Source of the DNA: Octopus vulgaris
Lineage: Eukaryota
Assembly (NCBI GenBank): GCA_951406725.2
Contig: OX597817.1
Location: 164,920,001-164,984,000, forward strand
Direction: 5' to 3'
DNA length: 64,000 nt
In this document: positions 1-11,389 of the stretch, piece after piece
Numbering within the stretch: position 1 is the stretch's first letter
Layout of the letters: every line of letters starts with the position of its first letter
Notes under the pieces: model-generated
The model's database searches: none
What the model saw: the letters and a program-made list of their open reading frames with translations, nothing else
Told to the model about the DNA's origin: nothing
Made by a program: the position numbers and the translations under genes

Positions 1-590
1 ATATATGGCCTTCCGATGCATGCACTGTCTGTCCAGGGCTTAATTATTTCCAAGACCTCAATGTAGGCAGCAGAGTTAGCTCTAAGGCCTTGTGGAAAGA
101 AGTAAGGAGACAGCACATGTCCTTCAATGCTGACAACCCCCAAAACCATGACAATTGCGGGAAATTTTGTATGCATAACACGTGGAAATTCAGAAGGGTC
201 TGCACATAACCATCTGTCATTTCTTCTGTTAACTTTTTGATCTTGGTCGAAATTTTTCTCGTTTGTGAAAAACCAAATCAAATCTTCTGCTGGATTTTTC
301 AGTTTGTTTAAGAGCCTTTTAGATCTGATGTAGTCATTTTCTTTTGCTTTTTCTGACAAATTAACCTTTCCTCATCATATAAGACTTATATTTGTTGTCT
401 TCATGCAAATCATTTCTGACTGTTCCTTCTGACACATGAAGATCTTTGGGAATTAACTTCATGGACTTTCGAGGATTTTAATCGATAGTCTGTCGAACTT
501 CTGGATAAATTCACGTGTTCTGATAATCTCAGAGCATTTAGAATGCTCTTTATGCTTTGATACTGGTGATACGTATCCATCTTCAGTCTG
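1..590 (-). mobile_element. Degenerate Tc1/mariner-superfamily transposase fragment (maT/DD37D-like), truncated by window edge
   Basis: Minus-strand translation gives IWFFTNEKNFDQDQKVNRRNDRWLCAD...HTKFPAIVMVLGVVSIEGHVLSPYFFPQGL...YIEVLEIIKPW, typical of a maT/Bmmar1-like DDD core; reading frame is disrupted. Confidence 0.7.
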
Positions 591-612
591 TAGCTCCTTA
601 CAAGCTTTGTAG

Positions 613-978
613 ATGAAAGATCTGGCAACTTTTAAAATCAATAAACTTGGAAAATGGGTGCCTCAAGAATTGTCCGAAAGCAACCGCAAATCTCGAGTTG
701 ACATCTGCTCTTCTCTCCATTCTCGCGAACTCATTTCACCCTTTTTGGATAGACTTATGACTGGTGATAAAAATGGATCTTCTACCGAAATGTTAAACGT
801 CGTAAACAGAGGCTTGGTAAAAATGAAAAAGCTGAATCACAACCAAGAAAGGAACTTCATGAAAAAAAAGTTCTTCTCTCTATCTGGTGGGATTGCAAAG
901 GAGTAATTCACTTTGAATTGTTACCACCTAATGCAACATTCAATGCTCAAGTCTACTGACAGCAATTAGAGCGTTTGA
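613..978 (+). mobile_element. mariner transposase fragment (pseudogene)
   Basis: KLGKWVPQELS...FLDRLMTGD (WVPHEL motif and first catalytic D), then a frameshift continuing as IWWDCKGVIHFELLP. Confidence 0.85.
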
Positions 979-987
979 AGCCTGTCG

Positions 988-1037
<50 letters not shown>

Positions 1038-1039
<2 letters not shown>

Positions 1040-1209
1040 ATATTAAATTAGAGACAAAACCACTATTATGCAAATCAAACAAAGAAAGACTTAAGCCAAT
1101 ACATAAATTATTTATTTATATAAATTAATTATAAATTAATTTATGTATTGGCTTAAGTCTTTCTTTGTTTGATTTGCATAATAGTGGTTTTGTCTCTAAT
1201 TTAATATAA
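1038..1209. repeat. Perfect 73-bp inverted repeat (hairpin) beside (TA)n
   Basis: 1038-1110 is the reverse complement of 1137-1209, separated by a 26-bp AT-only spacer. Confidence 0.9.
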
Positions 1210-1286
1210 TATAATATTTTACTATAAAATTGGATTCAATCCTAAATCTGATTTTTCCCTGTAAGTTTGGATTTATTCCCTAATAT

Positions 1287-1331
<45 letters not shown>

Positions 1332-2001
1332 ATTTTTACCAGTTGAAATATGCTTGAGGTATACTCGAACCCACCTGTAAGAAAGCTTTCATTGTATTTT
1401 GTCATGGAGAAAATTTGTCGCCACCGCCAAATAAATTATTGACGTATATGTCTGTGCATGTATACATCTATACATATATATGTATATGTACATGCATACA
1501 TGTTTGTATTTCTGGTCTCTAGGCGCGCTTTCCCAGTCTGTTATACAATGGCCTTTGCGTTTATTCAATGTATTATACCTTATACGTACACCTTTGCAAT
1601 GAAACGATCGTTTTCCAAAATAAAAAGACTCGGTCGTAGGAATGCAGGTCATGTTATGAATTATGATGTTCAATAACTTAGCACATCTGTGCAAAAATAT
1701 GCCTAGGTGCATGTATATACCTATGTCTATGTGATTATTTGTACCTGTGTACATGTATCGGTCACCTTGATTAGCTCTCTCCCACTCGACACACACATTA
1801 GTTTTTTTGTTTGCTTTCTGAGTCTGGAAGAATTAATATCCATAATTTCTCCCCAAGGTCTATGATCTTGATGTGGTCAATATTCTCTTTACACTGTTCC
1901 AAGTTATTATGCAACTTTAACGACATTAAACTCACGAATCTCAAACGGTCTGCACGGGCCACTTTCTCCAGAATATGCAAGTAAAACTCAAACAAGCACG
2001 T

Positions 2002-2045
<44 letters not shown>

Positions 2046-2142
2046 GTGTCAACATGCATGTGAATGTGTGTACGTGTATGTGCTACTATATGACTTGTCT
2101 GTGCAACAGACTCAATCCGATATTCTTGTTTATGTTGAACAG

Positions 2143-2325
2143 TTTATGATATAATGTTGGTGTGTATCTATCTTATTCACTTTTCGTTACCTTACTACCT
2201 CATACTGCAATATGGAAGGATTTGCAGCAGCAGAAGCCATGTTGTACATCATCAATAAAATTTCCAACAGCTCATTGCTCCCTAACATCACTATTGGTTA
2301 CGATATCCGGGATGATTGTAACACT
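2143..2325 (+). CDS. Class C GPCR, first recognisable coding exon (VFT N-terminal part); 5' boundary uncertain
   Basis: YCNMEGFAAAEAMLYIINKISNSSLLPNITIGYDIRDDCNT followed by the donor GTGAG at 2326 (phase 0) matches the family motif EAMLxAIxxIN...LLPNITLGxxIxDxC. The acceptor AG at 2141-2142 is not in frame with this reading (see findings). Confidence 0.8.
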
Positions 2326-2919
2326 GTGAGTATTTCCTTTTGACTTTCAAGAGATGTGATAGTGCTGAATATTGTGAAACATTAGAAAATATAGTATATT
2401 ATAAGGAACACATACATTTTGTTAATATGCTCATTAGTGCACAAATTCAAAGAATTGCTATATAAGAAAGAGTAAAACAGTCCTCATGTGACGTATATAC
2501 AGAGTGTATGTTGTATTAAGAATTGAACAGCAATGTAGAATATTGTTACAATAGAAAAAGGTACATTACTTCAGAATGTCATAGTGGTATATTATAAGGA
2601 GCAGAAAGATAGTGAGCTGGCAGAATCACTGAGCATCGGAAAATGCTTCGCAGAATTTGTTTTGGCTCGAGGTCGACTTTGCGTTTCAACCTTTCGGAGT
2701 CGATAAATTAAGTACCAGTTACGCACTGGGGTCAGTGTAATCAATTTCATCCCTTTGTCTGTCCTTCCTTGTTTGTCCTCTTTATGTTTAGCCCCTTGTG
2801 GGCAATAAAGAAATAAGAATTTGTTTCGGCTCTTTATGTTCTGAGTTCAAATCCCGCCGAGGTCAACTTTGTCTTTCATTCTTCAGGATCGATAAAAATA
2901 ATGCAACAGTTTTATAGAG

Positions 2920-3590
2920 TATTTTACGTAGGATATGGGCTGTTCCCATGAGCACTATTTTTTTGAATTTCTGTCATTTTTGGATTTCCTAGTATCTGAG
3001 CTAGGTAGCAATCAGCCCCTTTTGCTACCATTCCAAGGGCACTAATGACGACAGGTATTGTTATAGTCATGAAATTTTACATTTTGCCAATTTCTACTTC
3101 AAGATCTTCATACTTGCTCAGTTTTTGATAGGTCTTGACAGATACATTTACGTCAATTGAGACAGTCATATCGAGGAGGAGGCATGAGTTTTGTCTGAAA
3201 TCCTTCAATATAATGCCTGGTCTAATCGCATCTATCTTTCTGTCAGTTTGAAGGGTGAAGTTCCAGAAGAGTGAGATGTAGTCATTTTCAAACACTGGAC
3301 GTGGTTTGTGTTCCCACCATTTTTTCATCATGGGGCAAGTCCAAGTTTTTTTCAAATTACCCAGTATTGCTCTTTCATGCCTGTTGAGGTACTCTGTAGG
3401 CGCAAGAAGACTGCACATGGAAACAACATGATCGATGGTTTCGATTTGTTGTTTACACACATGACATGTTGGGCTACTGCCGTTCTTTAATATGTTGACC
3501 TGGTAGTTCCTCGTAGGAAGACATTGATATTGGGCTGCTATGATAAACCCTATGATAAAACCCTGAGCCTCTTCAGTGTAGACTACCAAG
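2920..3590 (-). mobile_element. Dong/R4-like RLE non-LTR retrotransposon 3' fragment
   Basis: CHVC...ETIDHVVSMC (CCHC knuckle), then RH and RPGIIL...LLDMTV...K..KYEDL (restriction-like endonuclease); its 3' part matches 9796-9915. Confidence 0.85.
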
Positions 3591-3836
3591 TAAAAACTCT
3601 AGTCCGTCACGTTATATATCCGTTAATGTACTGGTCTTGTTTTGCGCCAAAAATACGGCAGATGGAGCAAAAATATTTAGGAACAAAACATTCAAACACT
3701 AAGGTTTGAAATAAGATGTCACTACTGATAATATTATCTATGGATAGAGTTTGAAATTGATGGTATCAACAGTATGCATCCTATTTGGATATATATATAT
3801 ATATGTTTGTTTGTGTGTGTGTGTGTACAAACATTC

Positions 3837-3880
<44 letters not shown>

Positions 3881-3893
3881 AGTACAAACATTC

Positions 3894-4025
<132 letters not shown>

Positions 4026-4616
4026 TACATATATAATGGTTAGAGCCGAGCTTACGATCGTGAGGTTGTGAGCTCGAATCCCGACCGGCTGGTGTTGTGT
4101 TCTTGAAAGGCAATTCTTGCTCCAGTTCACTCAGCTGTAGAAATGAGTTGCGACGTCAAAAAGCTGTATCTTTCCCTTGGATCACGGTGGCGTGGAGAGG
4201 GAGGCTGGTACGCATGGGCGACTGCTGGTCTTCCATAAACAACCTTGCCCGGACTTGTGTCTAGGAGGGTAACTTTCTACCCATTCATTCATGACCGAAG
4301 GGGTCTTTACCTGAATACACAAATGTCTATTTATAGTTAATACACATTTCGACACTTATGAAAACAAATGTCTATTTATAGTTATACATGTTATACACAT
4401 GCACACACACACACGCGCATACACGCACGCATGCATACACACACTAACACACACACACACACTTTTCTACTCAAAGGGTTTTCTAACACATTATTTGCTC
4501 ACTAATACTGAAATGTTTACCTGATTCGATTTACAGCGTTCCAATCCATTCAGACATGCTTGTGTGTGTGTGTATTGGTATGTGTATGGGTGCACGCGCG
4601 TGTGTTTGTGTGTGCG

Positions 4617-4649
<33 letters not shown>

Positions 4650-4689
4650 CTGTGTATGATATGTATACATTATAGAGAAATTCACAGTG

Positions 4690-5024
4690 AAGGCGCATGG
4701 CTCAGTGGTTAGAGCGTCGAGCTTACGATCGTGAGGTTGTGAGCTCGAATCCCGGACCGGTCTGCGTGTTGTGTTCTTGAGCAAGACACTTTATTTCACG
4801 TTGCTCCAGTTCACTCAGCTGTAGAAATGAGTTGCGACGTCACTGGTGCCAAGCTGTATCGACCTTTGACTTTCCCTTGGATAACACTGGTGGCGTGGAG
4901 AGGGGAGGCCGGTATGCATGGGCGACTGCTGGTCTTCCATAAAACAACCTTGCCCAGACTTGTGCCTCAGAGGGTAACTCTCTAGGTGCAAACCCATGGT
5001 CACTCATGACCGAAGGGGGTCTTT
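4690..5024 (+). mobile_element. tRNA-derived SINE family D
   Basis: ggcgcatggctcagtggttagagcg...ctcgaatcc head; second copy at 4036-4312; related heads at ~6290-6420, ~50500-50630(-) and ~56200-56320. Confidence 0.85.
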
Positions 5025-5120
5025 TATAGAGAAATTAAACTCACGCACAGACATGCATATACATACGTACATACATATATATATTTTTTTCTTTACATTT
5101 CTCAATCTCATCTATTGGAG

Positions 5121-5416
5121 TTAATCCGAGGAATTGAAGCCGCCTTTGATTTTCTGTCAAGACCTGGAACAGTGCCATATTATCCAGTGACGCCAGGCAG
5201 TCCCTACAAATTTTTGCCGAACACCAGCAACCACGTAAACACCGCCCAGCAGTTTAAGATGTCAGAACAGTCAGTTATTGCCGTGGTTGGACCAGCAAAC
5301 TCTGACCAATCGTTGGTAACTTCAACCATCTTTAGCACAGTTCTGTTACCTCAGATTAGTTATTCTGCATCGAGTCAAGTTCTCAGTGATAAAACAGAGT
5401 TTACTTCGTTCTTCAG
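5121..5416 (+). CDS. Class C GPCR exon (VFT lobe I)
   Basis: AG|LIRGIEAAFDFL...VIAVVGPANSDQS...LPQISYSASSQVLSDKTEFTSFFR|GTGAG; matches the PQISYxxTS..LSDK..F..F.R motif; phase 0 in, phase 2 out. Confidence 0.93.
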
Positions 5417-5719
5417 GTGAGTTTTTTGAGACATAGCACTTACTGCCAATTGTGCTTTCTGCTTCTTTGACATTTTTACGAGGGGGTCTTGAAATGTTCC
5501 TGGCTTTAAGGGTTATTGCGAACGGCCTACTTGGAGGCCCAAGGTTCCGAGTTCTTTTACAGTGCTTAAAAAAACTGAAGGACCGCTGCAATAAGTGTGT
5601 GAATGTGAGAAGGGAATATGTTGGATAAAATCATAATTAACTGATCCACCTGTATTTTTTTTACCCAAAGCCAGGAACTTTTCAGTACCCCTCCAATGTT
5701 GCTCTCTTTTATCTATCTC

Positions 5720-5758
<39 letters not shown>

Positions 5759-5892
5759 CTGTGTGCCTGTCTATCTATCTGTCTATCTGTCTCTTTTTCT
5801 GTCTATCTGTTTGTCTGTCTATCTATATATCTGTCTGTCTACCTATGTATCTGAGTATTCTTGCATGTATATATGTATGTATGTATAAATGT

Positions 5893-6270
5893 GGAGGCGC
5901 AATGACCCAGGGGTTAGGGCAGCGTACTCGCGGTCGTAGGATCGCAGTTTCGATTCCCAGACCGGGCGTTGTAAGTGTTTATTGAGCGAAAACACCTAAA
6001 GTTCCACGAGGCTCCGGCAGGGGGTGGTGGTGATCCCTGCTGTACTCTTTCACCACAACTTTCTCTCACTCTTACTTCCTGTTTCTGCTGTACCTGTATT
6101 TCAAAGGGCCAAACTTGTCACACTGTGTCACGCTGAATCTGCCCGAGAACTACTTTATGGGTACACATGTCTGTGGAGTGCTCAGCCACTTGCACGTTAA
6201 TTTCACGAGCGGGCTGTTCCGTTGATCGGATCAACTGGAACCCTCGTCGTAGTAACCGATGGAGTGCCAA
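5893..6270 (+). mobile_element. tRNA-derived SINE family C
   Basis: ggaggcgcaatg.cccag.ggttagg...gtttcgattcc head. Other copies: 36777-37149(-), 37715-38084(-) and 42820-43186(+). Confidence 0.88.
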
Positions 6271-6549
6271 TATTGTCATATTGAATAAGAGAGACAAATG
6301 CATAAGTTTGCTTGATAATAAGATGGTGGTTTCGAATACCCGACCGGGCGGTTCAATGTGTTTTTGAGTAAAACCCTCCATTTTCACTTTGTTCCATTTC
6401 ATTCAGCTATAAATGAGTTCGGCGTTCCATTCTGCGGGTATAATGGTTGTAGTCTCAGAAACTTATACGTCATGGAGAGTAAGGAATGCTCGAGCCTTAT
6501 GTGCCCTAGGAATCATGACAGACCTATGCACTAACGAAATTCATCTAGG

Positions 6550-6721
6550 GGCGGAGGAGTGGCTGTGTGGTAAGTAGCTTGCTTACCAACCACATGGTTC
6601 CCGGTTCATTCCCACGTGTGGCACCTTGGGCAAGTGTCTTCTACTATAGCCTCGAGCCGACCAAAGCCTTGTGAGTGGATTTGGTAGACGGAAACTGAAA
6701 GAAGCCTGTCGTATATATGTA

Positions 6722-6807
<86 letters not shown>

Positions 6808-7030
6808 TGTGTGTGTGTTTGTGTGTTTGTGTTTGTCCACCCAACATCGCTTGACAACCTATAGTAGTGTGCTTACGTACCCGTAACTTAGCGCTTCGGC
6901 AAAAGGAACCGATAGAATAAGTACTAGGCTTACAAAGAATAAGTCCTGGGGACGATTTGTTCGACTAAAGGCGGTGCTCCAGTATGGCCGCAGTCGAAAC
7001 GACTGAAACAAGAGAAAGACTAAAAGAGTA
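6550..7030 (+). mobile_element. tRNA-derived SINE family A with internal (TA)n(TG)n
   Basis: ggagtggctgtgtggtaag...ggttc head and 3' aaatgactgaaacaagtaaaaga. Other copies: 21627-22058, 38456-38952, ~43320-43945, 55698-55905 (3' half) and 25190-25336(-). Confidence 0.88.
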
Positions 7031-8144
7031 CGATTAAAAGCATTCCAGCCATGAACATCAAGCCTTTTCCCGAGATATATTGCATCAAGGGCTACATTAT
7101 TCAATGTACCTTCTCATGTTTTGGACATCAATATTTTATTTTGGGGATAGATTTAACTGTTTTTCTAACTACTCGAAACATTTTCATTGACCTGCTATGA
7201 AAGCAGTTGTGGACATCGGCGTAAGGTGCAGTCGAACTCGTCATCCAAGATTCCCCGTTTCTCTGACTAAGCCTGAGTCAGCATCGACTTTGTGTTTTGT
7301 TCGCTCCGTTAAAAATTCTCTCTCGTCTTATCTGATAATTTCCCATAACACACATAACTTAAGCCACTATAAGTCTTATTAAACCTGCCTTTGTTTCTAA
7401 CTTACCATTCCTTTCTGCACCATACAATATTCCCTCACCTCGCCTCACATTCCAACTAAATATTATTTTCTACAGAACAAGTGAAACACTCATAAAATAT
7501 TGTAGTTGAAAATAATTTCTGAGTGACTAGGAACAACCGAAATCAGTAAAGAAACTGCGCCAGTCTATTTTGTCTTCAAAGTCAGACAAAATATAAATAA
7601 TATCAGAATTCATTGGATTTTCTTTGTCGATTTTATTTTTCTGATATAAATAAAGTAAACGATTTAAATATTTCAGTGTTTAAAAAACAGCTCTCGGCAC
7701 AAATGCTTGTGTTGTGTGTCTATTGCAGACATGGAAACCCGATCTCAGTAAAACAGTCTCCATTATGTAGAAATATCTCAACCGTACAGAGGTAAATAAC
7801 CGAGGATATATTATTTAATCTAATACCACCTCACTATTTACGAGGTTTTATATGCATCAGATATTTAATTTAGATGTGTGTCAACTGATGGAGGGATAGA
7901 CCTTTTTGGGTGTTGGCACTGTAGTGTTCTGCAGTGCAGTAGATGTATTTAGCTGTTTAGCTGTTTAGTTGTTTGGCTATAAGTCTGTGTATCTTATATT
8001 TAATTTTTTTTTAGTCAGGACAGCAGGCAGCGACTGATCCTTCACGGGACCTTTGAGACTAGTAGGACTAAGGGAGAAAAGTATCCCCAAGCCGAAGAAC
8101 TGGCCTGAATGCTCTCAACAGAGTGGATACCGCTAAAGGTATCC

Positions 8145-8202
<58 letters not shown>

Positions 8203-8205
<3 letters not shown>

Positions 8206-8758
8206 CCCTGATGCAGTACCAGGCAGAGGCTCTCATGGCTTCTGATCTTAACTGATTGGAAGTGTTATCATGTACATTGTTTTGTCTTGGTATAAAAGAT
8301 GGGCTACAGCAAATATTCTGCTCAATTCCACAGATTTGCTTGTCAGTTGTTTGACCTTAACCAGTTGAGCATGTCCCTTAGTGGCTGACGATATGTGCAT
8401 CTCTGATCACGAGCAGAAGTAGTGGGGGAGCATCATAGCCATGTGTTGAGAGGGATTCTTTGGGGTTTGAATAATTCACCTCTGGAGACATGGGTGGGTT
8501 TTTCAACATCCTTAAACAACCCTTATTCAGGGACCGTTTGAGCGGGATGGGCTACTCAACCTGAAGAAAATTCTAACTGGGCCCCACCTGCAAGGTCATG
8601 TGCAGTTTATCTTGATATGAGATCACCATGCCGCGCACATATGGTTGTGATGCATGTGCCTGGTGTACCTTTATCAGACGGGTAGTCATGATGGGTATAT
8701 TGGGCTTCGTATATTTTACCCCAGTGTCACTTTGATGGCATGAACTGCTCTCTCACTC
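8203..8758. mobile_element. Non-coding interspersed element bounded on both sides by (AAT)n
   Basis: ~555-bp segment with sharp boundaries between AAT tracts and no ORF; family not identified. Confidence 0.5.
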
Positions 8759-8823
<65 letters not shown>

Positions 8824-8844
8824 TAACAATAATAATAATAATAA

Positions 8845-9716
8845 GGGAATAAAGCAGCCTGCAGAGGATTGCGGCTACCATCAGGAGAGACCATGGGTGA
8901 ACCCAACGGTAGTGGGTCTAGATATTTAGGGATTTTAGAGCTGGAAAATGATAATAGAAAAATGAAAATCAAGGTCAGCGAGGCGTATCAAAGAAGGCGA
9001 AGATGGTGTTGAAATCCAACCTGAATGCCAAAAATTTAATTACCGCAATGAATATCTGGACAGTTGCGGTGGTCAGATATAGTGCGTCCATCCTCAGATG
9101 GACTAAGGAGGAAATCTCATCAGTGGATAGAAGGACGAGAAAGTTGATGACGCTGCATGTGGGGGTTCACCCTAAAGCAAATGTAAACAGACTGTATATG
9201 AAAAGAAAGAATGGTGGGTGAGGACTAATTAGTATAGACCATTATATAAAGAGTGAAAGGAGAACGCTTGTCGAGTATTTGATAAATAGTGATGAACACC
9301 TGATGCAATATACCGCAAAAGATATCGGCCGGATATTGTCATATTGAATAAGAGAGACAAATCCTGACAGATCATTGATGTAGCCATATCAAATAACAAG
9401 AATGTTGTAAATAAACAGGTTGAAAAAATCACCAAGTACTTCGAATTGAAAGTGGAAATGGCAAGACTGTATATAATGCGAGATGGTAATGTAAAAGTGA
9501 TACCAGTGGTGATCAGAGCACTGGGCTCAATCCCATTGAAACTTCAAGACTTCTTAAGGCAACTGGAAATCCTATGCAAGATTGATGTCTTGTAAAAAGC
9601 AGCCTTATTGGGCACAGTGTACATCATAAGGAAAGTATTATCTGTCTGAGGTCCTTGGTGTGACTTGACAGATAACTAAAGACGCCAGTGCATTTTACCT
9701 ATACTCTGTTACGAAG

Positions 9717-9718
<2 letters not shown>
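8845..9718 (+). mobile_element. Dong/R4-like retrotransposon fragment, internally deleted
   Basis: RYLGILE...LKSNLNAKNLITAMN.W.VAVVRYS...VHPKANVNRLY...GG, then RPDIVI...IIDVAI...KITKY; ends in (AAT)n. Confidence 0.85.
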
Positions 9719-9795
<77 letters not shown>

Positions 9796-9796
<1 letters not shown>

Positions 9797-10110
9797 GCAG
9801 CAAAAGGGGCTGATTGCTACGTAGCTCAGATACCAGGAAACCCCAAAATGGCAGAAATTCAAAAGATAGTACTCATGGGAACTGTCCATATCCCACGCAA
9901 AATACTTTATATGTAATCTCAAGTTTTAAAACAAACATAATTTTCTTATGGTTTCTTAAGCATTCTCTAGAACAACACTATGTACAAAACCAAATCTATG
10001 GCATTCTAGGAATAACACCACCATGAACTTCCAGCTTGTTGTCTCTTGAGGTCTCTGGGTGAGACTTGGAGCCAACTTGTACAAATGCAAACCAAAAGTC
10101 AAACATGAAA
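9796..10110 (+). mobile_element. Dong/R4-like 3' end (short 5'-truncated copy)
   Basis: MGTVHIPRKILYM* C-terminus plus 3'UTR; flanked by AAT tracts; same subfamily as 2920-3040. Confidence 0.75.
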
Positions 10111-10124
10111 TAATAATAATAATG

Positions 10125-10194
<70 letters not shown>

Positions 10195-10224
10195 CAACAA
10201 TAGTAACAACAACAATCACACATA

Positions 10225-10878
10225 TACCACAGAAGTGCAAAGAAATTTTGCAGATTGTGTGGGAAGAGGGTCGAAAGCGTGACTCAAATTGTCAGCGCTT
10301 GTGAAAGTCTTGCGCAGAAAGAGTACAAGAACAGACAGAACAAGGTAGCCCAAAATCTTCAATGGCTACTATACCGAAAGTATGGAATACAAGGTAACGG
10401 GTGTTTAGTACCGACATACACCGGGAAAAGTAATGGACTAAAGGGGAAAGCAAAAATCATCTGGGACTTTGACTTCCAGGCAAAGTGATAAAGCACCGAA
10501 GGCCCGATATAGCAACCTTTAGGAGGGACAAACAAGATTGCCTAATAATCGATGTGGAATTGCCAGGAGATTGGTATATAATCATGAAAGAAAGAGAAAA
10601 GACTGATATGGTGACCTGAGAATTGAGATCTCTAAGATGTGGTAGCTACTCGAGTCAAACATAAAGGTTGTTCCTATTGTCATCAGAGCGATGGGTTCAA
10701 TACAACCCAACCTCAAAAGAACATCTAGAAACTTTAGAAATACCCTACACACTAGATGTATTGGAAAATTTGGCACGCATATTACGTAAAGTCCTATCTG
10801 TCTGAGATCCTTATTGTAACTCAGTAGACACAATATCTTCAATCAACAACACGATAGTGGATACTATGCGACGTTTTA

Positions 10879-10880
<2 letters not shown>
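10225..10880 (+). mobile_element. Dong/R4-like 3' fragment (CCHC and RLE)
   Basis: CRLCGKRVESVTQIVSAC..LAQKEYKNR...IIWDF, then RPDI and IDV motifs; followed by (TAC)n(TAA)n. Confidence 0.8.
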
Positions 10881-10957
<77 letters not shown>

Positions 10958-11031
10958 ATAATAATAATAATAATAATAATAAAAATAATAATAACAATGA
11001 TAATAATATAATTATTATTATTATTATTATT

Positions 11032-11090
<59 letters not shown>

Positions 11091-11389
11091 TAATACCACT
11101 GCTGCTGCTGATGCTGTTGCTGCTACTACTACTGCTGCTGTTATTGCGGCCATTACTATTGCTACTACCACTGCCGCTGCAACTGCTGACAATGATATTG
11201 CTGCTGCTACAACTACTGGGGCTGCTGCTGCTGCTAATGATGATAAATGAGGCCCCTATATGAAAATTAGTGGTTAAATCCTTTATTTATTTATTTATTT
11301 ATTTATTAATTTATCTATTTTTAAAATGAAAACTTAATAATAATTTAACTTTACTTGAAAAGAAAATTTCTAACAGTATACCGAATCGC

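Noticed and set aside
4690-4765. tRNA gene (also 5893-5965 and similar heads)
   Set aside because: A/B boxes are present but each continues into a repeated SINE body and lacks a proper acceptor stem.
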